IMG/VR virus record: IMGVR_UViG_3300027977_000008
Coordinates: 96,001 to 160,000 of that record
DNA length: 64,000 nucleotides
Strand: one strand, 5' to 3'
Source: a virus
The notes under the pieces were generated by a model. The model ran no database searches. It was not told the origin of the DNA and worked only from the letters and a program-made list of their open reading frames with translations. Below are positions 43,972 through 54,847 of this stretch, piece after piece. Positions within the stretch are counted from its first letter, which is position 1. Every line of letters begins with the position of its first letter. Both the position numbers and the translations under genes were made by a program.

Positions 43972-46900
43972 ATGCCACTAAGTAGACTGGAAAATTTTCT
44001 CAAGAACGTTCAGGGAAGTGTAATATACGTAAATCCTGAAGAACTTGACGCAACAGATGATATCAGTAATACTGGTAATTCAAGAGCACGTCCTTTTAAA
44101 ACTATTCAACGTGCTCTTTTAGAAAGTGCTAGGTTCTCATATCAAGTAGGACAAAACAATGATCGGTTTGACAAAACCACGATCATGGTTTCTCCTGGTG
44201 TTCATTACCTTGATAATAGACCAGGACTTGCAATTGATACAAGTGCTAATCTAACGGATGCTAATGGATCTGCAGCGTCGATCAATCAATTCTCTGTAGG
44301 CACTAATTTTGATATTCAAGATCCAGATAACGTATTATACCTTTTTAACTCCATTCATGGTGGTGTAATTCTGCCTCGTGGTACTTCTATTATTGGATCA
44401 GATCTTAGAAAGACAAAGATTAGACCAAAATATGTTCCTCAACCAAACAATGATAACATTCCAAGATCTGCAGTTTTTAGAGTAACTGGTGGTTGTTTCT
44501 TCTTTGGATTTTCTTTATTTGATGCAGATCCTGGTGATAGAATTTATAAAGACTTTACAAAATCAGTTTATTCTCCAAACTATTCGCACCACAAACTGAC
44601 ATGCTTTGAATATGCTGATGGTGTAAACACTGTTGCTGGAAAAGGTGGTACAGATCTTGATATGTACTATCGTAAGCTTACTTTAGCTTATGGTGCAAAC
44701 TCAGGTAGATCACTTCCAGATTATCCTGCAAATAATGATTTCCAAGCAACTGTTGATGAAACAAGAATTGTTGGTGCAATTTCTCAAATTGGTGATATTG
44801 AAATTGAAGATATTTACTCGGGATCTAATCCATCAGCATCTATAGCAACACCTGTTGTTACTGTTGTCACAAGAACAAATCATGAGTTATCTGTAGGAAC
44901 CCCAGTTCTTATTTTTGGTGTAGATAATGCGGAATATGATGGTGGATATATTGTATCTCAAATTATCAATGATACTACGTTTACATATTCTTTATCATCT
45001 GTCCCAAATTCAACTGCAAATCCTAGTTTAGTAGGAAAAAATCCGATTGTAACAGTTGAAAGTGATACAGTAACGTCATGTTCTCCATATATTTTCAACT
45101 GCTCAGTTAGATCAACGTTTGGTCTAAATGGAATACACGCAGATGGTGATAAAGCCACTGGTTTCAAATCAATGGTTGTTGCACAATTCACTGGAATTGG
45201 ACTAAACAAAGATGATAATGCTTATGTCAAATATAATACAACTTCTGGTATTTGGCAAGATCAAGCAACACTAGGAACTTCTGTATCATTACATACGGAC
45301 AGTAGAGCAAGACATAAACCAACCTGGCAAAATTTCCACGTTAAAACATCAAATAACGCATACATTCAGTGTGTTTCTATCTTCGCCATTGGTTATGCTA
45401 CACACTTTGTTGCTGAAAGTGGTGGAGATCAATCAATTACGAACTCAAACTCAAACTTTGGTGCAAAATCATTAGAGGCAGATAATTTTAGAAGAGATGC
45501 ATTCTTGAAGGATGATCAAGGATATATTACAGAAATTATACCAGCACAGAAAAACTTTGCAAAACAAGGTGAAGTCAATTATCTTCCTCTTGATGTAGAA
45601 GTTACTGTTGGTTTATCAACTGATATCAAATTATATTTCTATGGATATAATCAAAGAGATACTGTTCCACTAAAGAGCACTGGTGGTTATATTATTGGCA
45701 ATAAAGTTGGTGAAACTATTCACTGTAATATCGATAATGTTGTCTATGGTGCTAGAGTTCTAATGCCTGTTCCTGGATCTAATCCAGATAATAGAATTTC
45801 TGCAAAAAAGGAATATCTAGTTGGTAGATCTGCAGGCATCAACTCAATCACTGGAAACACATTTACTCTACAACAAAATCATAGACTTCTTCCTGGAGAA
45901 ATAATCCGAGTTTATTCCGAAACTGGATCTCTTCCAGATGGACTAGAGCACAAAACAGTTTATTATGCAATCACTGGTGGGGTGAATGCGGATCAAATTC
46001 AAATTGCAACAACTTATAATAATGCATTGTCTGGTGATGAACTAACTGGGATCAATAATCTTGGTGGACAACTAAGAATTGTTTCTGAAGTTGCTGATAA
46101 GAACCCAGGAGATCCTGGACATCCAATTCAATATGATAGTAGCGGATGGCACATCAATGTTGGTGCAGGAAATAGTTTACGTGCTGCACTTGTAACTAAT
46201 CAAACAAAAGTTACTCCAAAAACAGGTAATGCTTTTATCTTCAGAACACCTGATAATAGAACCAATAATGATAAAATTTATCGTCTAAGATATGTTATCC
46301 CAGATAATGCTACAATTGCATCACCACCCCAAAACGGATTTTCAATTGAAGAAAGTAGTGCTGTAATTGATGACACAAATTATAAAAACGACAATACTAC
46401 ACTTACATCAGTAACAAATCTAAGAACAAAAACTAACATCATTAATGCTTCTTGGTCTTCAAACGTTGGTGTTGTTACTACACAATATCCACATGGATTG
46501 AAAACTAAACATCTAATTGAGATCAATCGTCTAAGAAGTGTAAACAATACTAGCGGTTCTACAAATTCTGGATTCAACGGATTATTTGAAGTTTTAGCAA
46601 TCACAGATAGTAAAACATTTACAATCGGTCTCAATACAAACCCAGGATCAATTTCTACTGTAACAACTGGTATTCCATATACAGTATTTGATCAATCTAT
46701 TGTGGGATCTGGTAGAACCTTCAGTCCATATTTTGTCAAAAAAGATTTTGGTCCCTCTTATCAAATCTATACCAATAGTGAAGTTCAAAAATATAAGAAA
46801 GATATTCAAGATGGTATCTATGATATAACAATCTTAGGATATTTAAAAACCCCAGATGTAACTCCATTTTCAACTGCATCAAATAAGTTCTCGCAAAATA

Positions 46901-49299
46901 TCAACGATATTATTCCTGCAGTTGGAAAAGATACTCAAAAAGATGATCCAAATGCAACAATAAGTTATGCATTACGTGAACTTGTTGGACAAGTAGAAAG
47001 CAGCGATCCTTCTGATAGTATTTCAAAGGAAGCATTATTCTCATTATTTGAACAAACTGGTATTGGTATTGGCATCACGGGAGCATCAGTTTCTGGATCT
47101 ACTCTAACAATCAATACTGATGTAGAACATGGACTAAGTGGTATTTCTAATTTTACAATAGTTTCTGGTGGAACAAATTATGGAACCAATAGTGGCGGTG
47201 TAGAAAATTATTTCAATATTAGATTAGAAGGTGGAAGTGGTAAAGGTGCAACAGCAAATGTAACTGTGTCTGCTGCTAGTGTTATCACTAATATTACACT
47301 TGTAGATAATGGATCTGGATATGTAGTTGGAGACACTGTTACTGTAGGAGGAGTTCCTTTCCATGCTTCTGGTACAAATGCTACCGCTACTGTATCTGCA
47401 ATTGATAATAGAATTGGTGATGCAATTCAAGTTGTTGGTGTAGGAAGCACTGCATACAATGGATTGTTTAGAATTGCTTCTGTTCCCAACTCTAAAACGA
47501 TTACATATACTGGCACTGCATCTGGTGTTTCAACTGGTGGATTTGTTTATCATGTTGGTATTGCAACAAACGTTACCAACATTACACACGATGCACTAAG
47601 TGGTATTGCTACTGTTCTTCTTACTTCCGATATTGGATTGAGAAGTGGAGATCAGATTGTTATTGCTGGATGCACAGGGTTCTCTACCATTTACAATGGT
47701 ACACATTTTGTTAGTGAACGAGTAGGATATGGTTCTTCTTTACGTGTCAATATTGGTGTAACAAGTAATGCTCCTGCATATGCTGGTGTTGCTACTGCAC
47801 ATGGAACTGGTATTTCTATTCGTGGAAGAGGAAGAGGAATTCCAATCTATGATGGGGTAACCACAAGATTAACTTCTGGTATTACAACTACAACAACATC
47901 AATTTCTCTTGCTGATACATCTATGCTCAAGAGAGGTGATTATCTCTTGATTGAAGATGAAATCGTAAGAATTTCTAATACTGGTGCAACAAATATTATT
48001 CGTGGTGTATTGGGATCTAATGCTGTTCCTCATGATGTTAACGTTGCAATCAAAAAAATTAATGTTCTTCCAGTAGAAAATAGAAGATATTCTATTCTTC
48101 GTGCTTCAGGACATACATTTGAATATCTTGGATATGGTCCTGGAAACTACTCTACTGCGATGCCACAATCTCAAGATAGGATTCTTGATGATAACGCAGT
48201 GCTTCTTGCCCAGTCGGTTCAAACCAGAGGTGGACTAGTTGTTTACACTGGTATGAATGATACTGGAGATTTCTATATTGGTAAGCGTAAAATCAACAGT
48301 GTTAATGGACTTTCTGGTATTGATGGTGGTATTGGTGATGATACTGGTTCAGAAAAAACAACTTTTGCAATACTTACTGTTGATGATCTAACAGTCAATG
48401 ATAACCTATACAGCAAGGGTAACACTGAAGTCGTCGATTTTGCCCTAAAAGGTAATCGTGCAGGAGATATTGCACAAACAGTTTATGTTGGTATTCGTGC
48501 TGGTGATACTTGTCCATCAAGTTCAACCGATAATATCCTACTGAGAACCACATTTACTCGTGGTGGATATATTGGATGGGTCAAGACTAATGAAGCAGAT
48601 GCTAGTGTAAGATGGAAGCGTTGGGGTAAAATTTCCCACGAATGTAATAGTGATCATTATGTATTTGATAAAATTGGTATTGGTGTAACGTATTGCGCTG
48701 ATCAATACAAGTTCCAGGTTACTGGCATCAGTACATTCAGTGGTAATGTATTTGTTACTGGCATCAGTACATTCAGTGGTAATGTATTTGTTACTGGTAA
48801 TACTACACTTACTGGTAATTTGGCAGTCACTGCACCATCAACAATTAGTGGATATGGCACCATTCCAATTGGTGGAATTATTATGTGGTCTGGAACGATT
48901 GTAAATATTCCAACAGGTTGGGCACTTTGTGATGGTTCAAATAATACTCCAGACTTAAGAAATAGGTTTGTTATTGGTGCTCATAGTGGTGGTGGAACTG
49001 GTATTACTTCTACTGCTGGTCCTGGATTTAATGCAGATAATGGAACTTTAGATAATACTTATACTCCAGGAAACACTGGTGGTAAGACTGCACACCAACT
49101 TACTATTGACGAACTTGCTTCTCATAGTCACACGGTTTCTAATATTTGTACTTTTCCGGGAAGTATTTCAGATCCAGCTGGCGGAGGAAATAACCATGAG
49201 AATACATCTTCACGCGGAACTTCTTCAGTAGGCGGCAGCAAATTCCACGAAAACAGACCACCATACTATGCTCTGGCATTCATTATGAGAACTCTTTGA
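43972..49299 (+). CDS. Large tail fibre / virion structural protein
   Basis: MPLSRLENFLKN start, PFKTIQRAL beta-helix cap, C-terminal collar domain (IPIGGIIMWSG...GWALCDG...PDLRNRF...PPYYALAFIM); TATAAATA at 43931. Confidence 0.85.
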   Translation: MPLSRLENFLKNVQGSVIYVNPEELDATDDISNTGNSRARPFKTIQRALLESARFSYQVGQNNDRFDKTTIMVSPGVHYLDNRPGLAIDTSANLTDANGSAASINQFSVGTNFDIQDPDNVLYLFNSIHGGVILPRGTSIIGSDLRKTKIRPKYVPQPNNDNIPRSAVFRVTGGCFFFGFSLFDADPGDRIYKDFTKSVYSPNYSHHKLTCFEYADGVNTVAGKGGTDLDMYYRKLTLAYGANSGRSLPDYPANNDFQATVDETRIVGAISQIGDIEIEDIYSGSNPSASIATPVVTVVTRTNHELSVGTPVLIFGVDNAEYDGGYIVSQIINDTTFTYSLSSVPNSTANPSLVGKNPIVTVESDTVTSCSPYIFNCSVRSTFGLNGIHADGDKATGFKSMVVAQFTGIGLNKDDNAYVKYNTTSGIWQDQATLGTSVSLHTDSRARHKPTWQNFHVKTSNNAYIQCVSIFAIGYATHFVAESGGDQSITNSNSNFGAKSLEADNFRRDAFLKDDQGYITEIIPAQKNFAKQGEVNYLPLDVEVTVGLSTDIKLYFYGYNQRDTVPLKSTGGYIIGNKVGETIHCNIDNVVYGARVLMPVPGSNPDNRISAKKEYLVGRSAGINSITGNTFTLQQNHRLLPGEIIRVYSETGSLPDGLEHKTVYYAITGGVNADQIQIATTYNNALSGDELTGINNLGGQLRIVSEVADKNPGDPGHPIQYDSSGWHINVGAGNSLRAALVTNQTKVTPKTGNAFIFRTPDNRTNNDKIYRLRYVIPDNATIASPPQNGFSIEESSAVIDDTNYKNDNTTLTSVTNLRTKTNIINASWSSNVGVVTTQYPHGLKTKHLIEINRLRSVNNTSGSTNSGFNGLFEVLAITDSKTFTIGLNTNPGSISTVTTGIPYTVFDQSIVGSGRTFSPYFVKKDFGPSYQIYTNSEVQKYKKDIQDGIYDITILGYLKTPDVTPFSTASNKFSQNINDIIPAVGKDTQKDDPNATISYALRELVGQVESSDPSDSISKEALFSLFEQTGIGIGITGASVSGSTLTINTDVEHGLSGISNFTIVSGGTNYGTNSGGVENYFNIRLEGGSGKGATANVTVSAASVITNITLVDNGSGYVVGDTVTVGGVPFHASGTNATATVSAIDNRIGDAIQVVGVGSTAYNGLFRIASVPNSKTITYTGTASGVSTGGFVYHVGIATNVTNITHDALSGIATVLLTSDIGLRSGDQIVIAGCTGFSTIYNGTHFVSERVGYGSSLRVNIGVTSNAPAYAGVATAHGTGISIRGRGRGIPIYDGVTTRLTSGITTTTTSISLADTSMLKRGDYLLIEDEIVRISNTGATNIIRGVLGSNAVPHDVNVAIKKINVLPVENRRYSILRASGHTFEYLGYGPGNYSTAMPQSQDRILDDNAVLLAQSVQTRGGLVVYTGMNDTGDFYIGKRKINSVNGLSGIDGGIGDDTGSEKTTFAILTVDDLTVNDNLYSKGNTEVVDFALKGNRAGDIAQTVYVGIRAGDTCPSSSTDNILLRTTFTRGGYIGWVKTNEADASVRWKRWGKISHECNSDHYVFDKIGIGVTYCADQYKFQVTGISTFSGNVFVTGISTFSGNVFVTGNTTLTGNLAVTAPSTISGYGTIPIGGIIMWSGTIVNIPTGWALCDGSNNTPDLRNRFVIGAHSGGGTGITSTAGPGFNADNGTLDNTYTPGNTGGKTAHQLTIDELASHSHTVSNICTFPGSISDPAGGGNNHENTSSRGTSSVGGSKFHENRPPYYALAFIMRTL
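48718..48797 (+). repeat. 36-bp tandem repeat (VTGISTFSGNVF x2 plus partial)
   Basis: GTTACTGGCATCAGTACATTCAGTGGTAATGTATTT occurs twice exactly. Confidence 0.95.
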
Positions 49300-49331
49300 T
49301 AAATACTGATAACGAAGAAGTGTAATAGTAG

Positions 49332-51365
49332 ATGGCATCAGTAAATAAAAAGTTTGCTGTAGAAAATGGTCTGGAAGTAGGACAACAGGCTCTTTTTGTC
49401 GATGCGGATACCAATAAAACTGGTGTAGGTAAAACTGATGCCAATTACCCATTAGATGTTGCTGGCACGGCAAACTTTGATGGTATTGTTGCTGCTGGAC
49501 AAATTGGTATTGGTAGCACTCAACCAGTAAGAGGTGCAGATTTTCGTCAAGATATTCAAATTTATGCTAAATTATATGATAGTAATAATGGAGCAGGAAA
49601 CAACGGACAAGTCCTAAGATCCGTTGGTACTGCTGTTTCTTGGACAGATATTGCAGAAATTCAAGTCAATGCTGAAGGCACAAGTTTCCAAGTTCAGTAT
49701 AGAAAAACTGATGGTAAGTTTGGTGGTGCTAATCAACTTTATTATAATGATACAACAAATAGAGTTGGTATTGGTACATCAGTTCCACAATATCTTTTCC
49801 AAGTAAAACGTCCAAGAGATGATAGTGGCAATGGATATGTTCAGATTGGGGGAACATTCTTAGACGTTGCTGGTTCTGTTGGTGCTGCTGGTTCTGTTTT
49901 AGGAACTAATGGATCTGGAGAATTACTTTGGGTTGGCGCAGGAACAAGTGAATATAATGTTATTTTTGTTACTCAAGTTGGAAATGATAGTAATGATGGA
50001 AGATCTCCAGCAACAGCAAAGAGAACAATCAAATCTGCTTGTGGTATTGCAACAGCAGGGCAAGTTATTCGTGTAACTGGTGGTGTTTATCCAGAAAATA
50101 ATCCAATTATTGTTCCAAAGAATATTACAATTGATGGAGATGATCTAAGAAACACTCAAATTATTCCAACAAATCTTGGACAAGATTTGTTTTATGTTAA
50201 TAATGGTAACTTATTACAGAATATGTCATTCGTCGGTGCAGCGAATACTGGTTCAATAATTGCATTCAATCCAGCATCAAACACTGGCATTATTACACAA
50301 TCCCCATACATAAGAAACTGCACAAACTTTGTTCCAAATAGTATTGGAATGAAGATCAATGGAAACCATGCAGAAGGCACAAAGTCTATGGTGGTTGATA
50401 GTTATACACAATACAATCAAGGTGGTATTGGCGTTTCTATCACAAATGATGGATATGCTCAGTTGGTTTCTATCTTTACAATATGTACTGATAAAGCAAT
50501 TACTTGTTATTCTGGTGGTACTTGCGATCTCAACAATTCAAACGCATCGTTTGGTAACTTTGGATTGATTGCTTCTGGTGTTGGTACAGTTCATTATACT
50601 GGTATTTTAACATCTACTGGTGTGGCAGACGATAATGTTATTGTTGTATCTGGGTTAGGAACAAGAAGACCATTTACAGGACAAGCACTTTACATTGGAG
50701 AACTCTTCAATGAAGTCATTCGTGTTAATGTAACATCTACCGGTGCTGGATATACTTCAGCAAATCCACCCGTAGTTACAGTTAGTAGTCCTACTGGTCC
50801 TAATGGAATTACTGCAGAAGTTGTTGCTAATGTTAGTGGATTTGGATCAGTTACTTCAATTGATTTGATCTCATCTGGTACGCAATATAGAACTGCTCCT
50901 ACAATTACGATTGGTGCTCCAATTACAGGCATTGATACAGCAACTGCTACTGCAGTGATTGGTCCATCATACTTTACTATAAATAGTGCTACAACGCCTA
51001 CAGCAGGCGTATCTACGATTACTCTTGATCAAAATCTACCATCAAATATTGGTGTTGGATCTACAGTTCCATTTGCAAAACAATCATTAATTCTTGCTTC
51101 GTCATATACATTTGAATATATTGGTTCTGGTACAACAATTACAACTGCATTTCCTGTAAATGGTGGTGTATCAATTCCAGAAAATATGGTTGTATCTGAA
51201 TTTGGTGGTAAAGTTGTTTATACATCAACTGATGAAAAGGGAAATTTTAGGATTGGTGATGGATTTACAATCAACCAACAAACTGGAACTATCACTGGGG
51301 ATGCCTTTAACAAGAGTATTCAAGCAACTCTAACTCCGCTTATAATTGCACTAGGAGCACAATAA
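49332..51365 (+). CDS. Tail fibre-like protein with beta-helix domain
   Basis: GNDSNDG.S...AKRTIKSA, SPYIRNCTNF, SMVVDSYTQ, TFEYIGSG. Confidence 0.75.
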   Translation: MASVNKKFAVENGLEVGQQALFVDADTNKTGVGKTDANYPLDVAGTANFDGIVAAGQIGIGSTQPVRGADFRQDIQIYAKLYDSNNGAGNNGQVLRSVGTAVSWTDIAEIQVNAEGTSFQVQYRKTDGKFGGANQLYYNDTTNRVGIGTSVPQYLFQVKRPRDDSGNGYVQIGGTFLDVAGSVGAAGSVLGTNGSGELLWVGAGTSEYNVIFVTQVGNDSNDGRSPATAKRTIKSACGIATAGQVIRVTGGVYPENNPIIVPKNITIDGDDLRNTQIIPTNLGQDLFYVNNGNLLQNMSFVGAANTGSIIAFNPASNTGIITQSPYIRNCTNFVPNSIGMKINGNHAEGTKSMVVDSYTQYNQGGIGVSITNDGYAQLVSIFTICTDKAITCYSGGTCDLNNSNASFGNFGLIASGVGTVHYTGILTSTGVADDNVIVVSGLGTRRPFTGQALYIGELFNEVIRVNVTSTGAGYTSANPPVVTVSSPTGPNGITAEVVANVSGFGSVTSIDLISSGTQYRTAPTITIGAPITGIDTATATAVIGPSYFTINSATTPTAGVSTITLDQNLPSNIGVGSTVPFAKQSLILASSYTFEYIGSGTTITTAFPVNGGVSIPENMVVSEFGGKVVYTSTDEKGNFRIGDGFTINQQTGTITGDAFNKSIQATLTPLIIALGAQ

Positions 51366-51368
51366 ACC

Positions 51369-51707
51369 ATGGCTGCCATTCCATTAAATAAGTTTAAAAC
51401 AATTACGCATACACTTACAACAGGTGCTGTTGGAATTTATACCTGCCCACCAGGTGTTGCCGCACTTTTGATTTATGGTAATGTCGCTAACGTTGGTTCA
51501 GGAACATCAGTAACATCTTTCACTGCATATCATAGTAGAAGTGGTACTGATACTGAAATTATTAATCTTGGTAGAATTCCTTCCCAAGATTCTATGTCAT
51601 TTATTGAAGGTAGATTGGTTTTAGAAGTTGGAGATATTGTAAAGATTAAGGGCGATTTTTCTAATACTATGAAATGCATTATTAGTATACTGGAGAACGC
51701 TAAGTAA
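51369..51707 (+). CDS. Small virion structural protein
   Basis: PLNKFKT...IYTCPPGV...ANV...LVLE.GD...SILE. Confidence 0.65.
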   Translation: MAAIPLNKFKTITHTLTTGAVGIYTCPPGVAALLIYGNVANVGSGTSVTSFTAYHSRSGTDTEIINLGRIPSQDSMSFIEGRLVLEVGDIVKIKGDFSNTMKCIISILENAK

Positions 51708-52285
51708 TGGGAAGACTTCTTTCTGGTAGAGTAGGATTAACAAGTGCTTCCGGTTTAACAACAGATAGATATTCTTTTATTGGATTAGAACAGGTAGAAC
51801 CTAATTTAGGAAATCCTGGAAATAATAATTATGTTCTTTATAGTGATACCAACGGAAGTAGATACTGGAACCCAATTACTCCAGCTGGTACAGTTGATGG
51901 TATTACAGTAGAAGAAGAAGGTGTAACACCAGTAGGATTTGCTGGTTCAATCACCATTATGAATTTTGTTGGTACTGGTGTTACTGTAACACAAGCAACA
52001 AGGGTTTTATCTGGATTGAACATTGGTGTTGCTACAGTAACAGTTACATTACCAGAACAAGGAATTGGTATTGGATCATATATTGATGGTGCTTCTGGTA
52101 TTATAGAATATCTAAACACGGATATAGGTATTTCTAATGTAATTGTATTAGATTCAGCAAACATGCCAAATGCAGAGCGTGCATGGACAACATATGAAAA
52201 TTTAATTATAAATGAGGGTGGAGATCTAACCGTTGGTGATGGTAGAATTTTCACAATAGATATTTTAAATCTTGCTAGTATGTAA
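51707..52285 (+). CDS. Virion structural protein
   Basis: LSGRV...DRYSFIGLEQVEPNLGNP; in fibre cluster. Confidence 0.6.
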   Translation: MGRLLSGRVGLTSASGLTTDRYSFIGLEQVEPNLGNPGNNNYVLYSDTNGSRYWNPITPAGTVDGITVEEEGVTPVGFAGSITIMNFVGTGVTVTQATRVLSGLNIGVATVTVTLPEQGIGIGSYIDGASGIIEYLNTDIGISNVIVLDSANMPNAERAWTTYENLIINEGGDLTVGDGRIFTIDILNLASM

Positions 52286-52328
52286 TCATAAATAAAACAA
52301 GCAAAGTAGAAAACTTCAGGGACTTATA

Positions 52329-53696
52329 ATGTCAAAACTTCGCGTAAATACGGTTGTAAATAGAACAAATAGTGATAAGGTTATTTTTCCGTTTGGTATT
52401 GGTGTTACGAATGGAATTATTGTCTCTGGTATTGTAACGGCAACCGGATTTGTTGGTAGTGGTGTTTCACTGACTGATGTTCTTGGACAAGTAACAATCC
52501 AGAGACCAAGCGGAGAAACTGCTTTTACTGGTATTACCACTATTAGAGTTGGAACTGGAATGACAATCACCCAGCCTAGTGCTGGTATTGCATCAATTAG
52601 ACCAACTGGTAATTTAGAAAGTTTAAGAGTAACTGGAATTGCAACTTTTGGTACGACTGGTCTTACAACAGTTTCTGATGCAGGACAAATAAGATCTCAA
52701 GCAGTTGGAACTCTTATTCGTCAAAGTGTTATTAACCTTTCAGATTTAACTATTCAACTTTCTACAGACTATCCTGGTGCGATTGTTAGATCAATAGAAG
52801 ATGGACAAGTATATTCTTCATCAACTACTTCTGGTTGGCAACAAATAGCAAAGGCATTTCATGTGGGTATTATCACTGCTATTGGTGGATTTGTTGCTAC
52901 TGGTAGCTCTGTAGGATTTACTGGTCCTCTTAACTCTACTGGAGTTTCTACAGCAGCGTTCCTACAAGCAACAACAATAAATGTTAGTGCTGCAGCAACT
53001 GTTGGAACTGCACTAACAGTAACTCAAGATCTAAAGGTAGGGAGACATGTTCTAGTTTCTGGTGTTACTACAGCCACTGATTTGACTGTCAATAACATTA
53101 CAGTCAATGGTGGCATCACAGGAAAAATCAATTCATCTGGCGTTTCTACAATTACGCAACTTGTAGCAACTACAGTAAATGCTTCTGGTATTGTCACTGC
53201 ATCAACATTCAGTGGTCCACTTACAGGACAAGTAACTGGTAATGTTACTGGAGAAATAAATTCTACTGGCATTTCTACATTAGGAAGAATTTCCGTTACT
53301 TCGATTAACCAATCCAGCGGTATCTCTACAATTTCCCAATTGAAGGGTGATACAATTAACATCACAGGTGTTGCAACTGCTACCACTTTCAGTGGATCCT
53401 TTAGTGGAGGATTGTCTGGTAATGCAACTGGACTATCAGGAAATCCAGATATTACTGTTGGATTTATAACTTCTAAAACTATTTTACCAGTTACTAATAA
53501 TACTTTTGATTTAGGATCTTCTTCTGTTCGCTGGGCAAATATCTATTCTGCTGATATGCACTTTAGTAACAAAGGTGGTGCAAACAGCGTAGATGGAACT
53601 TGGGGAGATTGGACATTACAAGAAGGTGAAAATGATATCTTTATGCTGAATAACATCACTGGTAAGCGTTATAAGATTAATCTAACTGAAGTATAA
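52329..53696 (+). CDS. Ser/Thr-rich tail fibre protein
   Basis: Repeated GI[SV]T motifs; C-terminal RWANIY..D...SN...N.VDGTWG.WTLQEGE domain. Confidence 0.75.
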   Translation: MSKLRVNTVVNRTNSDKVIFPFGIGVTNGIIVSGIVTATGFVGSGVSLTDVLGQVTIQRPSGETAFTGITTIRVGTGMTITQPSAGIASIRPTGNLESLRVTGIATFGTTGLTTVSDAGQIRSQAVGTLIRQSVINLSDLTIQLSTDYPGAIVRSIEDGQVYSSSTTSGWQQIAKAFHVGIITAIGGFVATGSSVGFTGPLNSTGVSTAAFLQATTINVSAAATVGTALTVTQDLKVGRHVLVSGVTTATDLTVNNITVNGGITGKINSSGVSTITQLVATTVNASGIVTASTFSGPLTGQVTGNVTGEINSTGISTLGRISVTSINQSSGISTISQLKGDTINITGVATATTFSGSFSGGLSGNATGLSGNPDITVGFITSKTILPVTNNTFDLGSSSVRWANIYSADMHFSNKGGANSVDGTWGDWTLQEGENDIFMLNNITGKRYKINLTEV

Positions 53697-53732
53697 TCTA
53701 AATACTCTTGTAGTATAAAATCATAACCAATT

Positions 53733-54221
53733 ATGTCTAGAGCCAGAGAACTGGCGAAATTTGGTGGATCTGGTCAACAAGTAATTGCAGGTGTATCCTC
53801 GCATGTTGGCGTATCTACTTTCGCCGCAAAAGTTTTCATGTATCAAGATCTTTCCGTTAGCGGAAACATTAACGTTACTGGAGATTTATCTTATGATGAA
53901 GTTTCCGCAAGAAACCAGTTTACATCTGGTATCACAACAACGGCAGATCTTATTGTAACAAGAAATGCTAATTTTTCAGGTATTATCACGGCTTCAAACA
54001 CTGTTGCACCAAACGCAAACAACACAGTTTCTTTAGGTACATCAGAAAACCGTTGGTCAAACGTATTTTCAAACGACTTAGACCTGTCAAACGAAGGAAG
54101 TACTAATGATATTGATGGTACTTGGGGATCTTTCTTAGTGCAAGAAGGTGAGGAAAGTCTATATATTATTAATAGAAGAAGCGGCAAGAAATTCCGTTTT
54201 GTTCTTGAAGAGTTGGTTTGA
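53733..54221 (+). CDS. Short fibre-like protein sharing the C-terminal domain of the upstream gene
   Basis: MSRARELA start; RWSNVF..DL.LSN...NDIDGTWGSFLVQEGE. Confidence 0.7.
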   Translation: MSRARELAKFGGSGQQVIAGVSSHVGVSTFAAKVFMYQDLSVSGNINVTGDLSYDEVSARNQFTSGITTTADLIVTRNANFSGIITASNTVAPNANNTVSLGTSENRWSNVFSNDLDLSNEGSTNDIDGTWGSFLVQEGEESLYIINRRSGKKFRFVLEELV

Positions 54222-54255
54222 TATTTCTATAAATACACAAGAAGGAGAGTAAACA

Positions 54256-54822
54256 ATGGCTTTATTTGGAGACGGAGTAAACGTAACAAAAACCACTAGT
54301 GCAACAGCTGCAACTTATGGCGATGCTACAAACGTTGCTCAAGTAACAATTGACGCTAACCAAAGACTTAGTGGTATTACCAACGTTGCAATCACTGCTG
54401 CAGTAAATGCTAACGCAGCTACGGGTGATATTGGAACCTATGCTTTCATGCAACAAGCAACTGGTGACACAATTTATAACCCAGGTAATACGCTTGCTGG
54501 TTCATCACTTCGCTATTCTGATGCTACTGGTCGTATGTATACGGTTAGTAACCCATCAGGAAACTGGAGATGTATGGGATATGATTCTGGTGCAGCACTA
54601 GTTAACACTGGTACTGGTACTGGATCTGGTACTGGATCTGGTACAATTGCGGGTACTGTATCTGTTTCTGGTACTGTTACCGTTCCTGGTAAACCTGCAA
54701 CAGCGTATACAGGTACTGGTACTGCAACAGGTACTGCAACAATCACCACAGTTACAGTAAACAGTGTTACTGTAAACACCACAGTTGCATATTCGTCAAC
54801 CCTTTGGTTACGATATTCTTAA
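54256..54822 (+). CDS. Short tail-fibre tip/adhesin-like protein
   Basis: TATAAATA at 54228 and AGGAG SD; GDIGTYAF...PG.TLAGSSLRY...GNWRCMG...TLWLR. Confidence 0.65.
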   Translation: MALFGDGVNVTKTTSATAATYGDATNVAQVTIDANQRLSGITNVAITAAVNANAATGDIGTYAFMQQATGDTIYNPGNTLAGSSLRYSDATGRMYTVSNPSGNWRCMGYDSGAALVNTGTGTGSGTGSGTIAGTVSVSGTVTVPGKPATAYTGTGTATGTATITTVTVNSVTVNTTVAYSSTLWLRYS

Positions 54823-54847
54823 TATATACTAAGGAGAAATAAAAAAA

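Noticed and set aside
51838-54782. Several minus-strand ORFs of 60-138 aa in the fibre cluster
   Set aside because: Shadows of the Thr/Gly/Val codon bias on the plus strand
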